DNA from: Prevotella sp. UBA2725
Lineage (GTDB): Bacteria > Bacteroidota > Bacteroidia > Bacteroidales > Bacteroidaceae
NCBI GenBank assembly: GCA_002353825.1
Contig: DEKJ01000003.1
Coordinates: 17,001 to 81,000 of the forward strand
DNA length: 64,000 nucleotides
Reading direction: 5' to 3'
Part shown: piece by piece, positions 56,281-64,000 of the stretch
Layout: every line of letters begins with the position of its first letter
How positions within the stretch are numbered: position 1 is the first letter of the stretch
Position numbers and translations under genes: made by a program
Notes under the pieces: generated by a model
Told to the model about the DNA's origin: nothing
What the model saw: only the letters and a program-made list of their open reading frames with translations
The model's database searches: none

Positions 56281-56952
56281 TTAGTCGAACATCACTCCCG
56301 GATTCATCATGTGGGGTGAGCGCCATCTGATGCCGTACATCTGCAGAACTTGCTCCTTGTAATACCACAGTGCATGGCAGAAGCCCATACCGCGTGGATG
56401 ATCATAAAGGATCAGGTCAAGTTCCCGCTCTACATCATCAATGACATTCTCATACTGAAGCGTCCATTCCACAGGGTCATCTTTCAAATGGCCATCCGTT
56501 CTGATTTCGTCAAGCATTCCTTTGTCGGCGAGCATTATGTTACGCTGGAGCCTGTCAATCTTTTGAGAAGCATGTTCAGTTGTTGACAGATCATGTTGCT
56601 GCTGGGTCTCAATACGCCTCAAGACTGTCAGATACATTTGCCAGAGTTTTAAGCTCAGTCGAGGATGCTCGAAGAGCGTGTCGGTCATTCGGCTGAGCGC
56701 TTCACTCAGAAACGGGAGCATGGGGTCGAAGCATTCAAGCCATGCTGCATAGCGAAGCAGAACCCTCGTCAGCTCACTGTTCTCCCAGAAGCGTCTCTGT
56801 GCCCGCAGATTATCCTCAGCGATGAGCACACAACCGCAGCATATGTCTTTATACAGTTCAAGGTCGCTGGCTCCCGAGCCGAATGCTTTCCCCTCGGCAG
56901 TCCTCAGAACCTTCATGTATTCTGAGCGGATCGTTACAATATTCTCTTCCAT
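56281..56952 (-). CDS. Conserved hypothetical protein with C-terminal GMGFCHxxW...WRSP..MNP..FD motif
   Basis: 223-aa ORF inside operon; helical N-terminus. Confidence 0.7.
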   Translation of the reverse strand: MEENIVTIRSEYMKVLRTAEGKAFGSGASDLELYKDICCGCVLIAEDNLRAQRRFWENSELTRVLLRYAAWLECFDPMLPFLSEALSRMTDTLFEHPRLSLKLWQMYLTVLRRIETQQQHDLSTTEHASQKIDRLQRNIMLADKGMLDEIRTDGHLKDDPVEWTLQYENVIDDVERELDLILYDHPRGMGFCHALWYYKEQVLQMYGIRWRSPHMMNPGVMFD

Positions 56953-56975
56953 AATCGGTAGTCAATAATAAAGGG

Positions 56976-58979
56976 TTATACACGTCGGTACAGATTGCCA
57001 TAGCTGTCTCGGTACAGCGTTTCTCCTCTGCCGCCTCCAAGAAGTCCACCGGCGAGAATACTTAGTCCGAAGAGTCCGCACAAAAGCGGGATGAGCACTT
57101 TCAGTACAGCCACGACCAGTCCACCTATCGCAACCATGCATCCGATGATGTAGACGAGTACGAAAGCCGTGATAAGGGAGCCTTTCAGTGCGCCTACCTC
57201 ATGGATATTGCGCACAAGCGTGATGATGGCGCCGGTGAGAATAATGCCGAAGAACAGAACTACTGAGGTCCATTCGGCCGTTGTCTCTTTCCAGTCCAGG
57301 ACCTCCTCCGTCAATAGCAGGCAGGCAATGAGAGCCGGGATGCTGATGCAGAAACTGATGACAGCAGGCTTCATGTGGATCTTTTTCCCACTCTGTTCAC
57401 CGCGGAAGAGCAGTCCCTCATACCACCAGATACTGAACACTTGAACCATCACGACGATGAGGAAGGGAAGAATGCGAAGTACGGAGCCTAAAAAGCCGTA
57501 TCGATCCTTGTCGCACCACCAGAAAGCCTGACCGCCGAAGAGCAGATAGTCACCGACTTCTATTGCTGCTACTCCAAGCAGACACAACGGCATGATGATG
57601 ACCATGGCATCGAGAAGGGTCAACTGCACTTGTCTCATGCGTTCGAAGCGCGACAAGAGGAGAGGAAGGATGATCGTGAACAACAGGGGCAAGGATACCA
57701 GACCAATCACGAGCCAGCATGGCCAGAGCGTAGCGAAGAACACCCCTAAGGTGCTGTGCTGCCGTGCTATCTTTGTGGAGAGTCCCGTTTGCAGACTGTC
57801 GGTGTTCGTCTGGCTCCACAACAGATCCGCCTTACGTATCTGATAATGTTTCCCATTGTTTACGAAGATAACGCTGTACTTCGTAGAATTTGGCTTTCCA
57901 CACGAATCTATCATTAATCCACGCGGAAACACTTTCTTGCGGCTATAGTCCTTCACGATCCATGCCGTATCCTTCAACACCGCACGATAACAGGTCACAC
58001 TGTCATACAGCAATGGGTCGATGATATATTGTGGTGCTCCGGCGTTAGCAAGTTGAGCTATGGCACCTTTCCCTCCGTTGCTTAGGTTCACTGTTTGTGG
58101 TTTACTGCTTGTAGCGCTGAGGATGTTTCCGTTGAGAGAGCAGCCTTCTGGTGCAATGAAGAGTCTGTAGTTATCCGTCAAGCTGTCACCTGTAACGTTT
58201 TCAGTCAGATTCATGTAGCATCCTTCCCGCTGAATGGATAGAATGCCTCGCAGGCTGTCTGTCTGCAATCCGTTTCTTGTTTTAATGAACATCCTTGCAG
58301 AGACAGTATTGCTATAGGCAGAATCAACGATAAGTGTCGAGGGTTGCCCGGCTACTTCTCCATTCCATGAGCCCATCAGCAGCTTGGCATAGTCGTAGGG
58401 CACTATTGTCGTCGCTTTATCCCACGCTACCCACGCACCCACACCAATCACTACAAGGAAAACAAGGACGGTTGCGAGTGTAGGCCCAGTCTGCCTCAGA
58501 TAGCGCATGACAGGACTTGACGACCTTTGTGTCCTTTGTGGCTTCCTGTTTCTGCGATTATTTGTTGAGGCTGGTTTATGGGAGGTAGGACGAGGAGACT
58601 GAGGTCTCTGCACTGTCCGTCTCGATTGTTGACTCGCGGACAACCTCGGTCCGCCATTTGCTTTCTGCATGGCATCAGCAAACTGGCGGAGCGTAGTGGC
58701 ATCGGTAGTGTACATCTCCTTTGCCACTGCCCGCAGGTCTTTGCTGGCCTGGACAATCTCACGGTTGTTGCCGTGAAGCTTATCCGAATCGCTCAATAGT
58801 TTCACCATCCGCTCTACACGGCGTGTGCAGTCGGTGCCGAATTGCGCTGTTCGCCACAGATTCCTCAGGGTGTTGATAGCATCCTGTTCTGACGAATGCA
58901 GGCTGTCGGTATTCGCTTCTAATACCTTGAGCGCTTCACCCCACTTTTTCAACCGGATATTGAAGATTGCCTCTTGCAT
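56976..58979 (-). CDS. Multi-domain membrane protein
   Basis: Helical N-domain, R/P/S/Q linker, TM, extracytoplasmic beta-rich domain, about 6 C-terminal TMs, Gly-rich tail. Confidence 0.8.
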   Translation of the reverse strand: MQEAIFNIRLKKWGEALKVLEANTDSLHSSEQDAINTLRNLWRTAQFGTDCTRRVERMVKLLSDSDKLHGNNREIVQASKDLRAVAKEMYTTDATTLRQFADAMQKANGGPRLSASQQSRRTVQRPQSPRPTSHKPASTNNRRNRKPQRTQRSSSPVMRYLRQTGPTLATVLVFLVVIGVGAWVAWDKATTIVPYDYAKLLMGSWNGEVAGQPSTLIVDSAYSNTVSARMFIKTRNGLQTDSLRGILSIQREGCYMNLTENVTGDSLTDNYRLFIAPEGCSLNGNILSATSSKPQTVNLSNGGKGAIAQLANAGAPQYIIDPLLYDSVTCYRAVLKDTAWIVKDYSRKKVFPRGLMIDSCGKPNSTKYSVIFVNNGKHYQIRKADLLWSQTNTDSLQTGLSTKIARQHSTLGVFFATLWPCWLVIGLVSLPLLFTIILPLLLSRFERMRQVQLTLLDAMVIIMPLCLLGVAAIEVGDYLLFGGQAFWWCDKDRYGFLGSVLRILPFLIVVMVQVFSIWWYEGLLFRGEQSGKKIHMKPAVISFCISIPALIACLLLTEEVLDWKETTAEWTSVVLFFGIILTGAIITLVRNIHEVGALKGSLITAFVLVYIIGCMVAIGGLVVAVLKVLIPLLCGLFGLSILAGGLLGGGRGETLYRDSYGNLYRRV

Positions 58980-59012
58980 CTTACATATAGCTTTTAACTC
59001 CTATCTCCTAAC

Positions 59013-60602
59013 TCACTCTACAACTGTCTTTCCTATTGCCGCAATCGACTTGCTCAGCTCCTCACCTGTCTTTACGCCTTGTATGCGGAGCGTGAAGTCG
59101 AGTTGTTCGCTACTTACCTCGGCATGGACATGGAGGATACCCTCTCCGTCGACATCGAAGATGACCTTGACCGGGGTGCCTTTCGGCCACTTCTGATGGA
59201 TATCAAGATAACGGTCTTCAAGGAGTGTGCAGAAACGCTCCTCCACTACCTTGTCGGTCTCTGGACTGGTGAAGTCGCTCTCAAGCACCTTCACCGGCAC
59301 CTGGGTCTGGTTGTCGCACATCGTATTGAAGGTCTCTTCAGCACGTGTCGGCAAGGAGGTGTTGGCAAAGATAAGATTGCTCACCATCTTGTTGCCGTCA
59401 GCATCCATGAAGTCGGTACCATAAGTCTTGCTTGTGACATTCACCACACGTGCCCGCGGTCCCCGCATCGTCTTGGGCTTCACATCACTGTCGCCATTCT
59501 CATAGTCCTCAATGGCTTTGTTGTATGCCTCATTCATGGCGTAGATAGCAGCACCTTTCGCTACACACTGGTCCGGGTCGCTCAGTTTGGCATCACAGTT
59601 GAACTCTGCATCGAGCCGTTGTTTCACCTGTGGCATGCGACTGGAGCCACCGACAAGCAGAAACTCAAAGTCATCGTTGTAACCTTTCTCTTTGGCAATG
59701 TCGATCACCTTGCGTGTGGCGTCAATGGTCTCGTCGAGATGCGCCCGCGTGAGCTCATCGAAGAGCGCCCGTGAGATCTCAAAACGTGCAGACTGACCAT
59801 CATACTGCACATTACATTTCACATTGTCCTTTGCAGTAAGTTGTTTTTTCTTCGTTTCTGCCTCAAGCAGGAGCGTGTACTTCAGTTCCTCATCGTCCAT
59901 CGTGTAACTGCCGCCGGTCTGTGCATTGAATTGATCGAGCATATAGTTGGCAAGCTCAGTGTCCCAGTCGACACCGCCTAAATGATGGTCACCGCCTGTA
60001 GCTATGACTTTAATGGCTCCACCGTTAACATTGATGATCGTCACATCGAAGGTACCGCCTCCAAGATCATACACGAGGACGGTCTTGCGCTCTGTCGTCT
60101 TCATGCCGTAGGCGATGGCAGCTGCCGTGGGCTCGTTGATGATGGCAAGCACATTGAGTCCAGCTATCTCTCCGGCCTGTTTGGTCTGCATGCGCTCTTT
60201 CGTGCCAAAATAGGCCGGGCATGTGATGACCACATCCTTGACGGGTTCGGGATTGTCGCCGAGGTCGTTGGCGTCCTGAACGAGCTTCTTCAAGATCAAG
60301 GCTGATATCTCGGATGGATCATAATGATAAGGGAACTTGTTGGTTGCCTTGTCGAAATCAGCGTCCACACCCATGGATCGCTTCACGAAACTCACGCAGT
60401 TGTGAGGCTCCGTGGCGAGCATGCCTTTAGCTTCTGAGCCTACCATCGTCTTGTCCTTACTCTCAAAGTAGACGACAGACGGCGTCGTCTGGTTGCCTTC
60501 AAAGTTGGTGAGAACGATAGCCTGGTCGAACTTGTCAACCTGTGCGATGCAACTGTAAGTAGTGCCTAAGTCTATGCCGTATACGGCGCGTGTCTTGTCC
60601 AT
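59013..60602 (-). CDS. Non-canonical Hsp70 family protein (DnaK paralog, no helical lid)
   Basis: GIDLGTTYS, CPAYF, NEPTAAA, DLGGGTFD, GGSSRMP; start 60602 gives 529 aa. Confidence 0.92.
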   Translation of the reverse strand: MDKTRAVYGIDLGTTYSCIAQVDKFDQAIVLTNFEGNQTTPSVVYFESKDKTMVGSEAKGMLATEPHNCVSFVKRSMGVDADFDKATNKFPYHYDPSEISALILKKLVQDANDLGDNPEPVKDVVITCPAYFGTKERMQTKQAGEIAGLNVLAIINEPTAAAIAYGMKTTERKTVLVYDLGGGTFDVTIINVNGGAIKVIATGGDHHLGGVDWDTELANYMLDQFNAQTGGSYTMDDEELKYTLLLEAETKKKQLTAKDNVKCNVQYDGQSARFEISRALFDELTRAHLDETIDATRKVIDIAKEKGYNDDFEFLLVGGSSRMPQVKQRLDAEFNCDAKLSDPDQCVAKGAAIYAMNEAYNKAIEDYENGDSDVKPKTMRGPRARVVNVTSKTYGTDFMDADGNKMVSNLIFANTSLPTRAEETFNTMCDNQTQVPVKVLESDFTSPETDKVVEERFCTLLEDRYLDIHQKWPKGTPVKVIFDVDGEGILHVHAEVSSEQLDFTLRIQGVKTGEELSKSIAAIGKTVVE

Positions 60603-60622
60603 AGTAGGTATTATTAAAGGGT

Positions 60623-61177
60623 TTATATTCCGTTCTGTTCGTCTTTTAGTTTGTAGACCACAATGCGTGCCTGACGCAGTACTCTGCCGGTTGCCTCGTC
60701 CTTGAATCCTCCAGACAGACATTCGGCTATGGTGTTAGCCTTCGCTTCGTCGTCGGTATCTACCGTGCGCATGGCCTTATGCTCCTTAGGCTTATAGGGG
60801 TCGCCTGCAAGAGGCGTGAAGCGCTCGATGGAGTATTCGTCCTCAAGCATATCGGAGATATAGAGAATATTGTTCTCTATCAGTTTCTTGGCTGAGGCAG
60901 GATCAGTAGCTTCTTCCGATGGACCAAGATGCATGCAAGTGTCGGAGAGGCGTTCATAGATATTGATGATGCTCATGACGTAACCTTTGCTGATATCAGC
61001 AATGAGACCCTTCTTGTATTGCTGCAACTCTTGGTGCAGATCGCGGATAATCTCTTCCTGATAAACGGCTGTGTCGATCTTGTCAGGCAGGCCCTGTAAC
61101 TTCTGAATCTCCTCTTTGAGTTCACCGATATTCTTCTTGATGTTCTCCAATTCCTCTCTGTAGTCAATTGTTTCCAT
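60623..61177 (-). CDS. grpE: GrpE-like nucleotide exchange factor
   Basis: N-terminal coiled coil; GDPYKPKEHKAM...GGFKDEATGRVLRQARIVVYK. Confidence 0.8.
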   Translation of the reverse strand: METIDYREELENIKKNIGELKEEIQKLQGLPDKIDTAVYQEEIIRDLHQELQQYKKGLIADISKGYVMSIINIYERLSDTCMHLGPSEEATDPASAKKLIENNILYISDMLEDEYSIERFTPLAGDPYKPKEHKAMRTVDTDDEAKANTIAECLSGGFKDEATGRVLRQARIVVYKLKDEQNGI

Positions 61178-61359
61178 GGCTCATAGTATTTGGTTCTGCC
61201 ACAAAATTAGGAAACGGAAGTCATCACCACAAGAGCAGATGGTCAAGTTTACTGTTTGGTGTAAACGTTTTTACTTGTTGGCGCTTATTTTACGGATTGA
61301 AATCTCAGTAATCTCAATTGTTTTTCGTATCTTTGCCCACGTCCAACACCTACTGCTAT

Positions 61360-62403
61360 ATGGATATAGAAGCAAGCATACGGCTGAGAGACTTTTCATG
61401 TGGATTGTTTTTCATGTTTCAGATAATAGGAACGCTCGCGCTGTTCCTCAAAGGCCGTACGCACCGTCTTCAGCGGTCGGCATTCCATTTCATGCTCTAT
61501 CTGCTATTGATCAGTGTCTTTGAGGCTTACGTTTTCTTTATCCATAACTTCTTGGGTGAGCAGGAGAGGCCTGTGACGAACCTGCTCCAGTTAACAGTGG
61601 TACCTCTTGCCTTGTTGTTTCTTTACCGTCTGACGCACACACAGGGGATGCGCCTTCTTCCTGCTGTTCTCAATTTCGCACCTTATATCGTTGCCTTCGT
61701 CTTGTATATATGTACATTGTCGAAGGAAATATACGATGGTATCATGTTGGTTGCATTCGTTCATGCCTTCTCCATCATCGTTTATGGGTTCATTGCCGTG
61801 AGGCAGTTCAATAGGATGTTAGTGGCTAACTTCTCTTCAGACGAGCACATGTCGCTTCACTGGCTTTGGCTTTTTCTTTTGTTGTATGTAGCGCTCGGTT
61901 GCGTTTGGCTGTGGGCTACATGGTCTGGATCATTGTTCGTTGCCACATTTTATAATATTACGATTGCCATCATCCTTGCCTTGCTATGCTATTTTGTCTA
62001 CAGACAGGAGGATATGTTGGAGAATTTAGGAAAGGTCGAAGATGATACGCCAAAGGAAGACTGTACCAAAGATTATCATTTTGCAGATAACTTTGAGAAC
62101 GTGTTCAGTATCGATCGGATCTATCTGAACCCAAAGCTGAACATCAATGACTTGGCGCGGGCATTGGGTACGAACCGCACTTATGTCTCCAATTATATCA
62201 ATCAGCAACTCCACACGACCTTCTACGAGTATGTGAATAAATGGAGGATAACGCGCGCCAAGCAGTTGCTGCTGTCTACGTCTTTGCCCCTTGAGGATAT
62301 CGCAGAGCAGTCTGGTTTCAACTCGCTGAGCAGCTTCCGCCGTTACTTCGTCAGTTCTGAGAACATGACGCCCATGGCTTACAGAAAGTTCAGAGGTAAG
62401 TGA
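61360..62403 (+). CDS. Membrane-anchored AraC family regulator
   Basis: About 7 N-terminal TMs; YLNPKLNINDLARALGTNRTYVS, SGFNSLSSFRRYF; TATCTTTG promoter 61328-61335. Confidence 0.9.
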   Translation: MDIEASIRLRDFSCGLFFMFQIIGTLALFLKGRTHRLQRSAFHFMLYLLLISVFEAYVFFIHNFLGEQERPVTNLLQLTVVPLALLFLYRLTHTQGMRLLPAVLNFAPYIVAFVLYICTLSKEIYDGIMLVAFVHAFSIIVYGFIAVRQFNRMLVANFSSDEHMSLHWLWLFLLLYVALGCVWLWATWSGSLFVATFYNITIAIILALLCYFVYRQEDMLENLGKVEDDTPKEDCTKDYHFADNFENVFSIDRIYLNPKLNINDLARALGTNRTYVSNYINQQLHTTFYEYVNKWRITRAKQLLLSTSLPLEDIAEQSGFNSLSSFRRYFVSSENMTPMAYRKFRGK

Positions 62404-62486
62404 TGTTTCTCATAATAAATGGGGGATGTTAGTGAGAGAAAATTACTAACTTTGCACTCACATTTAATAATCATTGGTTTAGATTC

Positions 62487-63410
62487 ATGGCTTCTCAAAG
62501 TAATAATAGTACTCAAACCTCTCCTCTTAACTCCCAACGCATTGCAGCGCATAGTTCTTTGCTTGTAGCGAATATTATCTTTGGACTTGGTGTCCCTATC
62601 ACCAAGCTCTTGCTTGACAACTGGGTGTCGCCGATGGCATGGATGGCGACACGCTGCATCGGTGCAGCAGTCATCTTTTGGGTTATCTCTCTCTTCACGC
62701 CGAAGGAGAAGGTGCCAATCAAAGACCTCTTCATCATTATGATTGGTGGACTGATAGGCTTCCTCGTGTCGCAGACTTTTACGGCATGGGCCATTGATTT
62801 CAGTACACCGACCTACGTGTCGCTTATCGGTACCCTTACACCTGTGATGACGATGGTGTGTGCAGCGCTTTTCATCGGTGAGCGCGTGTCTGCGAAAGGC
62901 ATTATAGGTGTTGTCATCGGTATTGTTGGTGCTATGCTCATGGTCGTGATGAACTGGCAGGGAGGTACCGGAAAGAATGATGTCGTTGGCATCGGCTTTG
63001 CCTTACTGAGCCTGTTGACTTGGTCTATCTATCTTATCATCACACGCCATGTATCCCCCAAGTATTCTGCCGTGACGCAGATGAAGTGGATCTTCCTCGT
63101 TTCGACGGTGGCTATCCTTCCGTTCTCGTGGGGCGACCTCATGCACAGCACGCTCTATAGCAGTGCATGGCAGTGGAGTGGGGTGCTGGAGATGGCTTAT
63201 ATCGTTGTGCTTGCCACGGTCGTCGGTTTCTTTGCCATTCCCTTTGCCTCCCGTTACTTGAAGGCCACGACGGTCAGCGTCTATACAAACCTTCAACCTA
63301 TCGTTGCCTCCTTTGTGGCGATTATCCTTGGTCAGGATGTGCTGACGTGGGATAAGCCCGTAGCACTCGTGCTCGTGCTGCTGAGTGCGTATATGGTCAG
63401 CAAGAAATAA
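62487..63410 (+). CDS. DMT/EamA family transporter
   Basis: Ten TM segments with duplicated EamA pattern. Confidence 0.92.
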   Translation: MASQSNNSTQTSPLNSQRIAAHSSLLVANIIFGLGVPITKLLLDNWVSPMAWMATRCIGAAVIFWVISLFTPKEKVPIKDLFIIMIGGLIGFLVSQTFTAWAIDFSTPTYVSLIGTLTPVMTMVCAALFIGERVSAKGIIGVVIGIVGAMLMVVMNWQGGTGKNDVVGIGFALLSLLTWSIYLIITRHVSPKYSAVTQMKWIFLVSTVAILPFSWGDLMHSTLYSSAWQWSGVLEMAYIVVLATVVGFFAIPFASRYLKATTVSVYTNLQPIVASFVAIILGQDVLTWDKPVALVLVLLSAYMVSKK

Positions 63411-64000
63411 TCAATGGAACCTTATGGCATCGTAATTGTACTTATCCAGTACGATGCGCTTGGGGCAATGGTACTTCTTGCTGAGAATATCAAGCGATGG
63501 ACGATAATACTTTGTCCTCAAGCCAGCGAGATGGAAGAGCATGTTGCAGATGATGTCGGAGGACATCGGCTTGTGGAGTGAAGCCTTGATTGCCTTCATA
63601 ATCTCCGGATGCTTGGTCTGATAGGTATCTGAGCACCAGATGACGAAAGGAATATCGAACTGATACTTCAATACGTTGGCACACATAGGAGTTGCATTTC
63701 TTCCCATGCTTGGCCTCCAGTCGTAAGTTTCTTCGCCATGGTCGGAGAGATAGACGATGACTGCATTCGTCTTTCGGTAATGGTTGATGACCTGCTCGAT
63801 GAGTGCATCGTTGTAGTAAGTAGCATTGTCGTATTCTGCAATGGTTTGTCGCATACTCGATGTCAGCCATGGTTTCTTAATGGTGATGCTGTCTTGAGTG
63901 AAGTGGTTAAACTGTGCGGTGTGGGGATAGCGCGTTTTTGCAGCTACATGTTGCCCCCAAAGATGCAGAATTGTGAAGTTGTTCTGAGAGGTTGGGAAGT
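63411..64000 (-). CDS. Phosphoethanolamine transferase (EptA-like) C-terminal part, partial
   Basis: Frame stays open upstream of 63854: LHLWGQH...YDNATYYND...YLSDHGEE...DIPFVIW. Confidence 0.85.
   Translation of the reverse strand, partial: FPTSQNNFTILHLWGQHVAAKTRYPHTAQFNHFTQDSITIKKPWLTSSMRQTIAEYDNATYYNDALIEQVINHYRKTNAVIVYLSDHGEETYDWRPSMGRNATPMCANVLKYQFDIPFVIWCSDTYQTKHPEIMKAIKASLHKPMSSDIICNMLFHLAGLRTKYYRPSLDILSKKYHCPKRIVLDKYNYDAIRFH

Noticed and set aside
60603-60722. N-terminal extension of Hsp70
   Set aside because: Overlaps grpE; GIDLGTT is expected within a few residues of the start, so ATG 60602 was used

Overview
Prevotellaceae-like (Bacteroidota) chromosome segment, judged from TAnnTTTG promoters, a T9SS C-terminal domain and a three-gene sdh/frdCAB operon. 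Bases 1-11024 look like the right part of an integrative mobilizable element inserted at the 3' end of a tRNA(CAT); no integrase is in the window. It carries a DUF3853 gene, a phage-type initiator with intragenic iterons, a DnaC/IstB-like ATPase and two tandem oriT-mobC-relaxase modules, the first apparently truncated. Its cargo operon is an ECF sigma-TM-beta-barrel fusion, a radical SAM enzyme, a Gfo/Idh/MocA oxidoreductase and a lipoprotein. The rest is mostly housekeeping: sdhCAB, tRNA-Asn, S41/S46/M16 peptidases, flippase, SpmAB-like protein, LOG, DEAD helicase, TlpA, PfkB, dusB, LTA-synthase-like protein, two GH3s, pncB, DMT and a partial EptA-like gene. Several accessory loci are embedded. 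(i) A mosaic T9SS protein with a small YxKP peptide and two divergent membrane LuxR regulators. (ii) An unfused NigD / ECF sigma / beta-barrel anti-sigma locus. (iii) A six-gene operon of GrpE, lidless Hsp70, a membrane protein, a conserved hypothetical, a Sel1-repeat protein and DUF1963, with no visible J-domain partner; this is the strongest candidate for an undescribed system. Intergenic DNA holds several palindromic repeat families (REPIN-like, MITE-like) and 22-bp-period tandem arrays. All calls come from motif recognition by eye; no database searches were run.
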